Part shown: positions 39,663-48,770 of the stretch, piece after piece | How the letters are laid out: every line of letters begins with the position of its first letter | Position numbering within the stretch: the first letter of the stretch is position 1 | Origin: a virus | DNA: 64,000 nt | Direction: 5' to 3' (one strand) | IMG/VR virus record: IMGVR_UViG_3300025728_000008 | Coordinates: 95,413-159,412 of that record | The notes under the pieces: generated by a model | What the model was told of the DNA's origin: nothing | Databases searched by the model: none | Seen by the model: the letters and a program-made list of their open reading frames with translations, nothing else | Made by a program: the position numbers and the translations under genes

Positions 39663-40235
39663 TTAATTCTCCTTTTGAAGTTTATTCATTAATGTATAAT
39701 ATGAAGATTTGATATTCGTAGCAATTGCACGAGGTGGTACGTCAATATTTTTTAATGCAAAGTTTCGGTCATAGAGAAATTCCATATGTGTATGTTCATC
39801 AATAAATTCTGCATATTCATGCAAAGTTAAATCTCTCATTTCAAAGGCTAACATTGTTAAGTCAATACGTTTAATCAAATATTTCTCTTCTTCTGTTGGA
39901 GGTTCAATTCCGATATGTTCATAAATTGCATTCTCCACTTTCTTTGCAATTGTTTTAAATTCTGGAAGAAGTACTTTTAATGGTGTTGGACAATCTCCTG
40001 TATAAGCTTCTTCAAAATCATGAATCAGTGTTAATAGTTGCAATCTAGTAGGATAATTTAAATTCTTAGCCATATTATAGCAATGCAAAGTGTGTTCTCC
40101 TACACTGTATGGTCTAGATGAATGTCCAACAAAACGGTTTAAATGTGAAAGACTATGTGCAATATCTTGTACGTCAACGCTATCCTTTGTGATGTTATTG
40201 TAATCAAATTTTCTACCTGTGTATGTTACTAGCAT
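39663..40235 (-). CDS. HD-domain 5'-deoxynucleotidase-like protein (YfbR/YfdR type)
   Basis: LS..NRF.GH...YSV.EH and HD.EEAYTGD.PTPLK. Confidence 0.8.
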   Translation of the reverse strand: MLVTYTGRKFDYNNITKDSVDVQDIAHSLSHLNRFVGHSSRPYSVGEHTLHCYNMAKNLNYPTRLQLLTLIHDFEEAYTGDCPTPLKVLLPEFKTIAKKVENAIYEHIGIEPPTEEEKYLIKRIDLTMLAFEMRDLTLHEYAEFIDEHTHMEFLYDRNFALKNIDVPPRAIATNIKSSYYTLMNKLQKEN

Positions 40236-40265
40236 TAAATCACGCTCCTAATTGTTTATGTTATA

Positions 40266-40294
40266 AGTATATCATTATATTTTATTTTTGTCAA
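40266..40294 (-). promoter_or_regulatory. sigmaA promoter (TAATGA family)
   Basis: TTGACA-17 bp ending TAATGA-TATACT. Confidence 0.8.
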
Positions 40295-40310
40295 GAAAAA
40301 GAAGCAGAGA

Positions 40311-40955
40311 TTACTCTACTTCTTTATTCCCTTCATCTGTTACTTCTTCTTGGTGTTGTTCCAATAGTAAATCTAGTTTTTGTGGCTTTGTCATATACTC
40401 ATGAGCAACGCCTAATCGTTTCGCTTCTTTTGCAGAGAAGTAGTAGTCATATTTATGGTTTCGTACTTCATCCATTTTCTCTTTCGGGAAGTCTGTACGT
40501 TCTAACATTAAACTGTTATACATACGTTGTAGTACATCTGCTTCCTCAATTTGTTGTTCGTGGTCTTTGATGTGACCAAGCATTCCATATGCTAATGAAT
40601 GGTACATTAATCGTGCGTGACGGTGAGCAATACGAATATCTCCTGCAACAAAGATTGCTAGAGCCATAGAAGCTACAAGCCCTGTCGCATATGTAACGAT
40701 TGGAGTATTACACATTTCCATTGCGCTAATGATAGCAAAGCCATCAGTAACGCTTCCTCCACCAGAGTTAATGAAAATCTCAATCGGATGTTCTGCACGA
40801 TTGTAGATTGGTTGACCCGTTGAATCATACACCTCTGACCGTGCATCATCTAAATCATTAATTGCAATAATCTGTTCCATAATATCTTTTGCTAATACAT
40901 TATCAATTCCATCTGAGATTAAAATTTGTCGGCTTGGTTCTTGGATTCCGTACAT
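40311..40955 (-). CDS. clpP: ClpP-family protease, copy 1
   Basis: INSGGGSV, GLVASMA (Ser), LMYH (His), D.YFSAKEA..LG. Confidence 0.85.
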   Translation of the reverse strand: MYGIQEPSRQILISDGIDNVLAKDIMEQIIAINDLDDARSEVYDSTGQPIYNRAEHPIEIFINSGGGSVTDGFAIISAMEMCNTPIVTYATGLVASMALAIFVAGDIRIAHRHARLMYHSLAYGMLGHIKDHEQQIEEADVLQRMYNSLMLERTDFPKEKMDEVRNHKYDYYFSAKEAKRLGVAHEYMTKPQKLDLLLEQHQEEVTDEGNKEVE

Positions 40956-40967
40956 TTACAACACTCC

Positions 40968-41489
40968 CTAGTTTGTAGTTTCTTCTTCTTTTTGTTCTTT
41001 TTCTGCTCTTACGTATTCTGTGAATGTAAAGCTGTGTGCATGTTTTTTATTTGCTTTATGCTTAATATCTGAAACACATTTCCACTCAATTCCAAAATCT
41101 GGGAAGAATACTCTTGCATTAAAATCTACTGTATGTACATGTGTTACATACATCTTTTCTGCTAATGGCATCATTGCTTTATAAAGCTCTCCGCCACCCA
41201 TGATAAAGACTTCTTTCTTGCCTTTGCCTAATTCGATAATGTCATCAATTGAATGAATAACAGTAGCTCCTTCTGCAACATAATCTTTATCATTTGTTAT
41301 TACATAATTTTCTCGTTGGTCAAGAGGTCTCTTTGGTAAAGATTCCCATGTTTTACGACCCATTACTACAATTTTCTTTTTTGTTTGTTGTCGAAAATAT
41401 CTGCGGTCAGCAGGTAAATCAAACAACAACTCATTACTTCCATTTCCAATTCCCATTCCCATATCTACACATACAATTAAACTAATCAT
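40968..41489 (-). CDS. dfrA: Dihydrofolate reductase
   Basis: GIG...L, VVMGRKTWESLP.RPL..R.N, FIMGGGELY. Confidence 0.93.
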   Translation of the reverse strand: MISLIVCVDMGMGIGNGSNELLFDLPADRRYFRQQTKKKIVVMGRKTWESLPKRPLDQRENYVITNDKDYVAEGATVIHSIDDIIELGKGKKEVFIMGGGELYKAMMPLAEKMYVTHVHTVDFNARVFFPDFGIEWKCVSDIKHKANKKHAHSFTFTEYVRAEKEQKEEETTN

Positions 41490-41731
41490 TAATTTGTTTC
41501 CTCCATTTCATACTCCACTACAAACTCTTCATTTCTCTTTCCTGCTTCATATGCTTTACGTAATAATGCAGGAAGGTCATAAATATCTTCTAAATTTGGA
41601 TGTCCAAGACGGTTTGAATCTGGTGCATCTTCATCTGTCAGCACACTAAATTTATGGACACTATCCAAAACAATCTCATACATTTCTTGTCGCATATCAC
41701 TACTTACTTTTGCAGTCACTAATACTTTCAT
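41489..41731 (-). CDS. Hypothetical protein
   Basis: 80-aa ORF with RBS GGAGG, coupled to DHFR. Confidence 0.6.
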   Translation of the reverse strand: MKVLVTAKVSSDMRQEMYEIVLDSVHKFSVLTDEDAPDSNRLGHPNLEDIYDLPALLRKAYEAGKRNEEFVVEYEMEETN

Positions 41732-41742
41732 TTATGTTCCTC

Positions 41743-42579
41743 CTAGATTCCTAGTTCAAATCTCAACTGAGGTTTGACTGGATTGTAATTTATCAATTCA
41801 AAATCACTTGATGTAATTTCATAGAATGATTTACCTTCTGCATTTAAAATTAATTTAGGTTGTTCTGTTGAAGGTTCTCTTTGCAACATTTCTTTCACTT
41901 GCTCGATATGTCTGTCATAGATATGTAGATTCTGTGTGAATCGTACAAACTTACCTGCAACCATACCTACTTCATGTGCTACTTGCATTTGTAAAGCTAC
42001 ATATTGCATCATGTTTATGTGACCTGCTACTGCATAATCACTACTACGTTGAATCAATGTACAATCAAGATAATAAACACCATTGAATTTTCTAACACTC
42101 CATATCGTCATGAATGCACATGGAGGTAATCCTTCTGTATCTTTAAAATCTTGTTCTTGCCATAAGCAGATTATATGCCTACGACCATAAGGGTCTTTCT
42201 TAATACCTTCTATCAATTTATTCATTAAATCATATTTACTAACTGTAGCTCCATATCGTTGACCAATTGTTCCATCACCGATTCCCCAAGCTCCCCACCA
42301 AGCAATTCCATACTTGTCTTCTAATACTTTTAGTTCACTAGTTTGGTCTTTGTAAATCCAATCAATCTCATTGATAGCATTTACAATTGCTATTGGTCTA
42401 AGAGTTGTTATAGGAAATTCACCTTTAGAAATATCATACTCTTCTGTTACTTGCGTAATAAAGATTGAATGTGCAGGTGCTCCATCTTTTTCATATCGAG
42501 GGCGTGGGTTCTCATCCCAACAACCCTCATCTAAGATTCGTTGTAAGTTCTGTTTGTAGATTAAATCTGCTTTGTTCAT
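41743..42579 (-). CDS. thyA: Thymidylate synthase
   Basis: FPITT.R, GQRYG, RRHI..LW, LPPC, QRSSD, HIYDRH. Confidence 0.95.
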   Translation of the reverse strand: MNKADLIYKQNLQRILDEGCWDENPRPRYEKDGAPAHSIFITQVTEEYDISKGEFPITTLRPIAIVNAINEIDWIYKDQTSELKVLEDKYGIAWWGAWGIGDGTIGQRYGATVSKYDLMNKLIEGIKKDPYGRRHIICLWQEQDFKDTEGLPPCAFMTIWSVRKFNGVYYLDCTLIQRSSDYAVAGHINMMQYVALQMQVAHEVGMVAGKFVRFTQNLHIYDRHIEQVKEMLQREPSTEQPKLILNAEGKSFYEITSSDFELINYNPVKPQLRFELGI

Positions 42580-42594
42580 ATGTATGTACACCTC

Positions 42595-42849
42595 TTATTT
42601 CTTTTTAGTTAACTTAGCTGTTAAATCATCTGCTTGTTTTTGTAGCTTTTGACTACTTCCAATTGCACTTCCCAAACGGGCAAACACACTCTTAAATGCT
42701 CCCATCATACCGAATAAGAAGTAATAACCTGTCATAGAAATTGTCTTTCCAAATACTTCTAACATTCCTGTTTGTACTACATTGTCAAATCCGAATAATT
42801 GTAAGATAGCTCCACCTAATAATGCACCGATAATTGAAAACATAAACAT
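42595..42849 (-). CDS. Small membrane protein
   Basis: Two hydrophobic segments. Confidence 0.55.
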   Translation of the reverse strand: MFMFSIIGALLGGAILQLFGFDNVVQTGMLEVFGKTISMTGYYFLFGMMGAFKSVFARLGSAIGSSQKLQKQADDLTAKLTKKK

Positions 42850-42888
42850 CTCTCCATTTCATTTTTTAGTTTTATGTAAATTTAATTA

Positions 42889-43263
42889 TTAATTAGCTTG
42901 ATAGATTGCTACTCTTCTATCAGTATATGTACAAGTCTTTTTACCAATAACTCTAATCAATCCCTTTTCTACTAATTCATTCAATCGTGGGTGTGTACTG
43001 TTTCTCTCTGGCGACCCTACTAGTCTATGTACAAACATTTCCACTGCCAATTCTTTTGCAGTAGCACCCTTTGGGAATGAAGCCTTTAAAGTTTTATATA
43101 CAGCTTTCTGTCTTTCTCCTAATGACTCAATCACAATGTCATAAGATTCTTTTCGTGTTTCTTTTGTAGTATCTGTAGCTTCAACATTCTTTTTCTTCCA
43201 TTTCAGTTCTAATACTGGTTCTGGATTGTAATTATAACTTGGCAAGTATTTACTTAGATTCAT
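42889..43263 (-). CDS. Winged-helix DNA-binding protein
   Basis: TAKELA...PRLNELVEKGLI. Confidence 0.6.
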   Translation of the reverse strand: MNLSKYLPSYNYNPEPVLELKWKKKNVEATDTTKETRKESYDIVIESLGERQKAVYKTLKASFPKGATAKELAVEMFVHRLVGSPERNSTHPRLNELVEKGLIRVIGKKTCTYTDRRVAIYQAN

Positions 43264-43273
43264 AACAACACTC

Positions 43274-43825
43274 CTATTCTTCTAGATATTCAAAGTTTAC
43301 TCGATATACATCACTGTTAATAAATTTCTGACCAACTACGTTGTTCTTTTCATCTTTAATCTCTTCATAGTTATGTACGATAAAATGTTCATCTCCACAT
43401 TCCATGCAGTAGATTCCGTCTACTACGACTGCTGAAGCACCGTACACTGATTCAATCTCATTTACTTTTTTGTTCTCACATGAGGGACAAGTCTTAATAC
43501 TTGTAACTCCTTCAACAATTGAATAAACATTGTCATTGCTTGCTACTTCTTTAAGTGCGTTGCCAAATTTCTCACATGCAGTCTTTACAGTTGCCACATT
43601 TAGTTGTAGTTCTTCACCAATCTTAGTTCGTGAGATTTTTCTCATATCTCGTTCAGCAATCATGATTCGAAACTCATCTGTAAAAGTACGTTTGAATCGA
43701 CTTTTCTCTTTGAAGTTTCTTAGTTCTTCAAGTACTTGTTCTTCGGTGATATTAAAGCATTCTGCAATGAGTTTAATATCACTCCCTTCTGAATATGCGT
43801 TAATGATTTTTGCTAGTAATTTCAT
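43274..43825 (-). CDS. Hypothetical HTH plus zinc-ribbon protein
   Basis: HTH-like segments; CPSC...CMEC. Confidence 0.5.
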   Translation of the reverse strand: MKLLAKIINAYSEGSDIKLIAECFNITEEQVLEELRNFKEKSRFKRTFTDEFRIMIAERDMRKISRTKIGEELQLNVATVKTACEKFGNALKEVASNDNVYSIVEGVTSIKTCPSCENKKVNEIESVYGASAVVVDGIYCMECGDEHFIVHNYEEIKDEKNNVVGQKFINSDVYRVNFEYLEE

Positions 43826-43849
43826 TTGTGTGTTCCTCCTACATTTATA

Positions 43850-43878
43850 ATTATATCATTATTTTTTATCTTTGTCAA
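43850..43878 (-). promoter_or_regulatory. sigmaA consensus promoter (TAATGA family)
   Basis: TTGACA-AAGATAAAAAATAATGA-TATAAT. Confidence 0.85.
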
Positions 43879-43880
43879 CA

Positions 43881-44249
43881 TTAAATTTGAAATAATTTAT
43901 CTTCAATTACATACCAATCAATTTCATCAGCGTGAATGCTTCTATCATCAATATATACATCTGCAAAAACTTTACGGGCATTATCTCCACCATAAATATT
44001 GGTGAAATATTCGAATGGTTTGTTGAAAGCAAAATCATAGATTCCTGCATTTTCAAGTTTCTCAATAATTTTCTGTTCTTGTTCTTTCCCATTTCGACAA
44101 GTCCAAATTACGATACTTCCACCTTCTGAAATAATTCGTTTCATAGTATGTACAGCGTTCTCTTTAAATTTTCCTGCATTGGGATAAGCACCATCATGTA
44201 CGATTGTACCATCCCAATCAATTGCTATGTGATTGTATTTTAGTGTCAT
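43881..44249 (-). CDS. HAD-superfamily phosphatase (capless)
   Basis: IAIDWDGTI, IWTCR, K.FADVYIDDR. Confidence 0.8.
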   Translation of the reverse strand: MTLKYNHIAIDWDGTIVHDGAYPNAGKFKENAVHTMKRIISEGGSIVIWTCRNGKEQEQKIIEKLENAGIYDFAFNKPFEYFTNIYGGDNARKVFADVYIDDRSIHADEIDWYVIEDKLFQI

Positions 44250-44260
44250 ATAGTTTCCTC

Positions 44261-44476
44261 CTAGCTTAATGTTTTATTGCAGATTGCACATACATAATAA
44301 TAATCCCACTGTGTCCCTCCAGAAGATTTTGCACTTGTTCCATCGTCATATGTGTGACCGCAACTCATTTTAAGAGCGTTAATTTCTTGTTGGTGTTTCA
44401 TTGTCAATTCAGCTAATTGATGTTTGTGTTTAAGTTCTAGTACTTCAATTTCATTTTTAAGACTACTATACCTCAT
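44261..44476 (-). CDS. Hypothetical protein (coiled coil plus Cys motif)
   Basis: RBS AGGAGG; CGH...CAIC. Confidence 0.6.
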   Translation of the reverse strand: MRYSSLKNEIEVLELKHKHQLAELTMKHQQEINALKMSCGHTYDDGTSAKSSGGTQWDYYYVCAICNKTLS

Positions 44477-44491
44477 AGTATCAACCTCCTT

Positions 44492-44511
44492 GATAAAATC
44501 TGCATTTTATT
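44492..44511. promoter_or_regulatory. Palindromic operator candidate, copy 3
   Basis: GATAAAAT-CTGC-ATTTTATT next to an RBS. Confidence 0.5.
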
Positions 44512-44532
44512 CAGAAATTCCACATTCAATTT

Positions 44533-44751
44533 TTATCCTTTACTAACGGGATTTTCTCGATGTTCATATGCCATCACCATTGCATGATATTCTTTGTATG
44601 GACTTCCATCTTTCTCTGCTACAGTAAATTGTACTTCTACTTCCCATCCTTTGTCTTGAAACGCAATAATTGCACTTCTCAATTTCTCTTCGAAATAATG
44701 TTTGTATTCATTTGAAATAATAGCTACGTCTTTCATGAATTTCATAAACAT
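44533..44751 (-). CDS. Hypothetical protein
   Basis: 72-aa ORF, RBS AAGGAG. Confidence 0.55.
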   Translation of the reverse strand: MFMKFMKDVAIISNEYKHYFEEKLRSAIIAFQDKGWEVEVQFTVAEKDGSPYKEYHAMVMAYEHRENPVSKG

Positions 44752-44758
44752 CAGCTCC

Positions 44759-45202
44759 TTATTTATTAGCTTTTTGCATTAACATTGCAATTACTTGTTG
44801 CATATCTGCTTTGCCTTTTAACTTTTTAGCTAAGTATCCTTTTGCTGTATTAATAGTCAATTCACCTTTATCTACTAAATCTAAAGCGTTTACTACTTCT
44901 GCTTTAATTTCATCGACTCTTAATTGTCTTGGTAGATACTTTGATAACATTTCTTTCTCTACTTCTTGTTTCTCAACACTTTTCCCAACCTTTAAATATT
45001 CTTCCATTTCTTTGTCTAATGCCTTTACTACTCGACCCACCACATCAATGACTTGTTCTTCTTTTAATTTTTCTACAGTTACTAATTTAAATTTTACTTT
45101 CTCATTTTCTAGTTCTGCTAACAATCTACGTAATACAGATTTCTTAAATTCATTTTTTTCTTTAATTGCTTTTACTAAATCTTCTTTAATTTGTTTAATC
45201 AT
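44759..45202 (-). CDS. GatB/YqeY domain protein
   Basis: IKEDL..A.K....K.SVLR, E...L..YLP.QL..DEI, KGKADM; start corrected because a promoter lies in the longer ORF. Confidence 0.75.
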   Translation of the reverse strand: MIKQIKEDLVKAIKEKNEFKKSVLRRLLAELENEKVKFKLVTVEKLKEEQVIDVVGRVVKALDKEMEEYLKVGKSVEKQEVEKEMLSKYLPRQLRVDEIKAEVVNALDLVDKGELTINTAKGYLAKKLKGKADMQQVIAMLMQKANK

Positions 45203-45233
45203 TTTATCATTTCCCTTCCTTGTTTGTAATACT

Positions 45234-45262
45234 AGTATATCATTATTTTTGATATTCGTCAA
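45234..45262 (-). promoter_or_regulatory. sigmaA promoter (TAATGA family)
   Basis: TTGACG-17 bp ending AATAATGA-TATACT. Confidence 0.7.
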
Positions 45263-45797
45263 TACTTTTTAAAATCTTTTTTTCTAGATTATGAGGATTT
45301 AAATGTAGAATACTTCTATCACGTTTAATAGCATATTTAACACAATCAAACGTACCTCCTTTTGTTCCATCCCAAACAGCAATTGTATAATTGGAATTAT
45401 CTACCATCCATTTGTTTCTTGCATTCATACACCATACTGTATATTTATCTTCTGATACATAATGTACGTAATCAGCTTTTTCTACAACGTCATGCCATAT
45501 ATCTATATCTTTCTGCTTCCATCTACTCCATTGTTCATCACATGGAATAGCACATACAAGTTTAATATGAGGATATTTCTTTTTTAGAGCCAAAATAATT
45601 TGAGCAGACCAAATATCAATTCCCAAAGCCATTCCAGAAATAAAAGTATTTATTCCTCTTCTATTAATATACATCTCAATTATCTCTTTCAATTTTAATA
45701 GAAGAAGTCTGTTTCCTTCAATTCTATAATCATATCCATATAATTTGTCGGGGCGATGCCCTGTAAAACAAAGACTTCTTTCAAAAACAATGTTCAT
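45243..45797 (-). CDS. SLOG-family protein (YspA/DUF1273-like)
   Basis: CFTGHRP, ISGMALGID, RN.WMVDNS, AVWDG..GGT. Confidence 0.8.
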   Translation of the reverse strand: MNIVFERSLCFTGHRPDKLYGYDYRIEGNRLLLLKLKEIIEMYINRRGINTFISGMALGIDIWSAQIILALKKKYPHIKLVCAIPCDEQWSRWKQKDIDIWHDVVEKADYVHYVSEDKYTVWCMNARNKWMVDNSNYTIAVWDGTKGGTFDCVKYAIKRDRSILHLNPHNLEKKILKSIDEYQK

Positions 45798-45913
45798 ACT
45801 TTCACCTTCCTTTTTTGGATATTATTCACCTTTGCATCAATCACTCAAATCATGATACTATGTAGTCACAGAAGGACAACACCTTCTGAAAACAAACTAA
45901 GGAGTGATTGTTT

Positions 45914-46156
45914 ATGAAAACAAATAAATTAGTAGTACCTAACTCAGAGAATGTACTTCAATTAATGAAATACGAAATTGCTCAAGAGATGGGAATCACT
46001 CTTGGTGCTGATACTACTGCTAGAGATAATGGTAAAGTTGGTGGCGAAATGACTAAACGTTTAATCGAAATCGCCAAAGAACATTTAGCAAATCAAGCTC
46101 AATATGTAGGTCAAGTTGAAGTTGATGTTGAAGAGACACAAAACCAAATTCATTAA
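45914..46156 (+). CDS. alpha/beta-type small acid-soluble spore protein (SASP)
   Basis: NKLVVP, MKYEIAQEMG, LGADTTARDNGKVGGEMTKRL. Confidence 0.9.
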   Translation: MKTNKLVVPNSENVLQLMKYEIAQEMGITLGADTTARDNGKVGGEMTKRLIEIAKEHLANQAQYVGQVEVDVEETQNQIH

Positions 46157-46189
46157 AGAAAGAGGGCTAAATGCCCTCTTTTATTTTTT
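46157..46189. terminator. Bidirectional terminator
   Basis: AAGAGGGC-TAAAT-GCCCTCTT with T run, between convergent genes. Confidence 0.75.
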
Positions 46190-46382
46190 AATCATCATAT
46201 TCTTCATCGTCATCATCATCGTATTCTCGATACCTGTCATCATCATCGCCTTGGATAATAATTTGATTGTCTCCTTGATACTCATAGCGGTCATCGTATC
46301 TGTCATCATCGTCATCATCACAAGCTACTAAAAACGTAGAAGCCATAACACCAACCAATAATAATTTTAAGTATTTTTTCAT
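46188..46382 (-). CDS. Small acidic lipoprotein
   Basis: Signal peptide with lipobox LVAC; Asp-rich mature part. Confidence 0.65.
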   Translation of the reverse strand: MKKYLKLLLVGVMASTFLVACDDDDDDRYDDRYEYQGDNQIIIQGDDDDRYREYDDDDDEEYDD

Positions 46383-46383
46383 A

Positions 46384-46794
46384 TTATTTGTCCTCCGTAA
46401 ATTCGAATGGGTTTACTTGGAAACTGTCCATACCGCCTTCATCACTTAAATTCATTGAGTCCATTGCTAAATCACGTGCCTTCATATATTCAGCTAAAGC
46501 ATTACCATCTTGATTGATTACTTTTTCTTGAAGTTTAATCATTCCTTCAATACCTTTAACAAAGTCCTTTTCACGTTTTGTGTTAGCAGTTGTTTGTAGT
46601 AATTGGAAGTTAGCTACATCATCTCTGTCAGAGTTTTCTAATTCCATTGTATCATCATCAATTTCTGTAAATACAGCAGAAGCTCTGTTGTGGAATTTTT
46701 GGTCAACACCATCTGGAATCTCTGCACATGCCACCATAGTCGTCATAACTCCTGCTAATAAAAGTGCTAATAAACCTTTTTTTGTGTTCTTCAT
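46384..46794 (-). CDS. Lipoprotein
   Basis: MKNTKK, hydrophobic core, MVAC lipobox. Confidence 0.7.
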   Translation of the reverse strand: MKNTKKGLLALLLAGVMTTMVACAEIPDGVDQKFHNRASAVFTEIDDDTMELENSDRDDVANFQLLQTTANTKREKDFVKGIEGMIKLQEKVINQDGNALAEYMKARDLAMDSMNLSDEGGMDSFQVNPFEFTEDK

Positions 46795-46840
46795 ATTATC
46801 AATCTCCCTTTTGTTTTAGTGTTGTCTTGCTTATATACTT

Positions 46841-46869
46841 ATTATATCATTATTTTTATTGTTTGGCAA
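46841..46869 (-). promoter_or_regulatory. sigmaA promoter (TAATGA family)
   Basis: TTGCCA-17 bp ending AATAATGA-TATAAT. Confidence 0.75.
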
Positions 46870-47758
46870 TGATATTTTTAACAATTTGTGCAATATTTCT
46901 TCCAATTGCTTTTTTAACTTGATTCTCATCATAGTCAGTAGGTAACATGTCTGATTCTTCTTTCATGATGTCATCAAACATACGACCACCCATATGACGT
47001 AAAATGATTCCCATATCTTCAATTTCAAATTTTCCTTCTGAAAGGATACCTTCATCCACTAATTTATATAACATCTTTTCTACACGTGCTTCTGTCATTG
47101 TAGCAGATACAAACACTTGTTCTTGTGTTTGCTCAATTTTAGGGTCTTTAGGTGCTTTCTGTTTTTGGACTTCACGGAATGCATCCGTTACAAGTTTAAC
47201 AAACATTTGTCGTCCAAATCGAGAAATATATGTAACGTTCTTAGCAACTACTCCTTCACCTGTTTCAATGTCTCCTAATCGACCACCCAATTTAGACTGA
47301 CCTACGAATGATTGTAAATGGTCAAATCCTTTATATTCACCTTCGTAGAATACTGGTACAAGATTAATACCTAACATACGATGTGCATCTTTAACTCTAT
47401 TGAAATCTAAGTATCGCTCTGTTGTAGTATCATATAAATCAAACAAGAAGAATTGTTTTTGATACTCTGGATATTTTACTTTATGTGGATTCGTCCACTC
47501 ACCAAAATAAACAATGTTTGGCAATAATAAATCTGGGTCTAATGTTTGAGTCCACTGCCAGAAGCCACCTAAATTGCTAAATTCATTTAATGGGTTATTT
47601 CGAGAGAAGGCTAAAATTTCGCCATCCTCTCCTTTGCGGAATGATGCATTTGCTCCATCAATTTTCTCTTGGATTACAATCCAATCTCCTTCATTTAAAA
47701 CTCCAACTGTTGTTTTATGTCCTAATCGCACGATATCCATATATTTTTTCTGTTCCAT
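46856..47758 (-). CDS. RNA ligase, Rnl2-like family
   Basis: EKIDGAN (motif I), SRN, YFGEW, FFLFD, GEGVV, FVK. Confidence 0.8.
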   Translation of the reverse strand: MEQKKYMDIVRLGHKTTVGVLNEGDWIVIQEKIDGANASFRKGEDGEILAFSRNNPLNEFSNLGGFWQWTQTLDPDLLLPNIVYFGEWTNPHKVKYPEYQKQFFLFDLYDTTTERYLDFNRVKDAHRMLGINLVPVFYEGEYKGFDHLQSFVGQSKLGGRLGDIETGEGVVAKNVTYISRFGRQMFVKLVTDAFREVQKQKAPKDPKIEQTQEQVFVSATMTEARVEKMLYKLVDEGILSEGKFEIEDMGIILRHMGGRMFDDIMKEESDMLPTDYDENQVKKAIGRNIAQIVKNIIAKQ

Positions 47759-47762
47759 ATTA

Positions 47763-48197
47763 TCATTCCCCTTTGTGTTTGTATTGTTTAATATCCACCT
47801 TTTTATCTATAAAACTAAATTGATATATTCGTTCTTCTTTTGGTGTTGTTAATCCGTATGCATGTGGAAAATATGTTTCTGGTACTATCATTTCTAGAAA
47901 GTGGTCAATATGCTCTTGATAATTATCTGCTCCATATATTGAATCACTAAAATACAATTCAGAAATTCTTAATCCACTAAACGCTGTCCCTAAAGGAAAT
48001 ACAACTATTTTTGCATTGTCATAATATAGTGTTGTTGTATATGCTCCACCAAAAAATAATCCTGTCATTTTACGACCTTCGGCAGAGAGTTCAGCTTGTA
48101 TCTTTTGTAAAAGCTCACCTCTAGCTATATTTCCTTCATAGTACTTTCCACTATAGACAATAACTATCTCTCTATAGTTCATTATTGTTCTTTCCAT
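47763..48197 (-). CDS. Hypothetical protein
   Basis: 144-aa ORF in operon. Confidence 0.55.
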   Translation of the reverse strand: MERTIMNYREIVIVYSGKYYEGNIARGELLQKIQAELSAEGRKMTGLFFGGAYTTTLYYDNAKIVVFPLGTAFSGLRISELYFSDSIYGADNYQEHIDHFLEMIVPETYFPHAYGLTTPKEERIYQFSFIDKKVDIKQYKHKGE

Positions 48198-48490
48198 TCT
48201 TCTGCATATGCAAATTCACCGTTCTTTACCCAACCAATCATATCCTCTGCAACAGAATGGTCTAAGAGTAAATTGTCTTTTGCATCTTTTAATTCAAATG
48301 TGAATCCTCTAGCTAATCTATAAACCTTAATTCCATTGTCAATAGACTTGATTTTGTCAGCACGTTCTTGATTGCCAACTACGATAGCAAGGTTTTTATC
48401 CCTTGCATATCGTACTAGCTTAAACACTTCATCTTCTTTAACTTCTTCGACTGTTTGTTTGCCAAATAACTTTTTAAAGAAATTTAACAT
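48182..48490 (-). CDS. Hypothetical protein
   Basis: 102-aa ORF coupled to neighbours. Confidence 0.55.
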   Translation of the reverse strand: MLNFFKKLFGKQTVEEVKEDEVFKLVRYARDKNLAIVVGNQERADKIKSIDNGIKVYRLARGFTFELKDAKDNLLLDHSVAEDMIGWVKNGEFAYAEEWKEQ

Positions 48491-48759
48491 TACTTCACAT
48501 CCTCAATATGTTGTTTTAACCAGTAAACAGAATTTCGAGTTGTAATTTTAACAGCATCACCAAAAACGAATAATTGCTCAATTGTTGATGTTTGTAATAC
48601 TTCATTTTGTTTGTCTATGTTTACTAGATAAGCACTTCTACCTTCCATTGCAGAATGTAACCAATATCGAGGTTTCATTCTTTCTTTACTTACTTCATCC
48701 TCAAGAATCTTCTCATTCTTATCACTAATGCTTTCAATCTTCCAGATTAATTGTTTCAT
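48490..48759 (-). CDS. Hypothetical protein
   Basis: 89-aa ORF, RBS AGGAG. Confidence 0.6.
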   Translation of the reverse strand: MKQLIWKIESISDKNEKILEDEVSKERMKPRYWLHSAMEGRSAYLVNIDKQNEVLQTSTIEQLFVFGDAVKITTRNSVYWLKQHIEDVK

Positions 48760-48770
48760 ACAATCATCTC

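Noticed and set aside
39663-40235. DatZ-like dATPase implying a 2-aminoadenine genome
   Set aside because: No PurZ or MazZ gene in the window; the HD motif alone is not specific
45830-45880. sigmaG/sigmaF promoter for the SASP gene (GCATC...GATACTA)
   Set aside because: Spacing is about 15 bp and the match is partial; cannot be supported from sequence alone
46190-46320. TCA/TCG trinucleotide-like repeats as a non-coding repeat element
   Set aside because: Explained by Asp codon runs of the small lipoprotein
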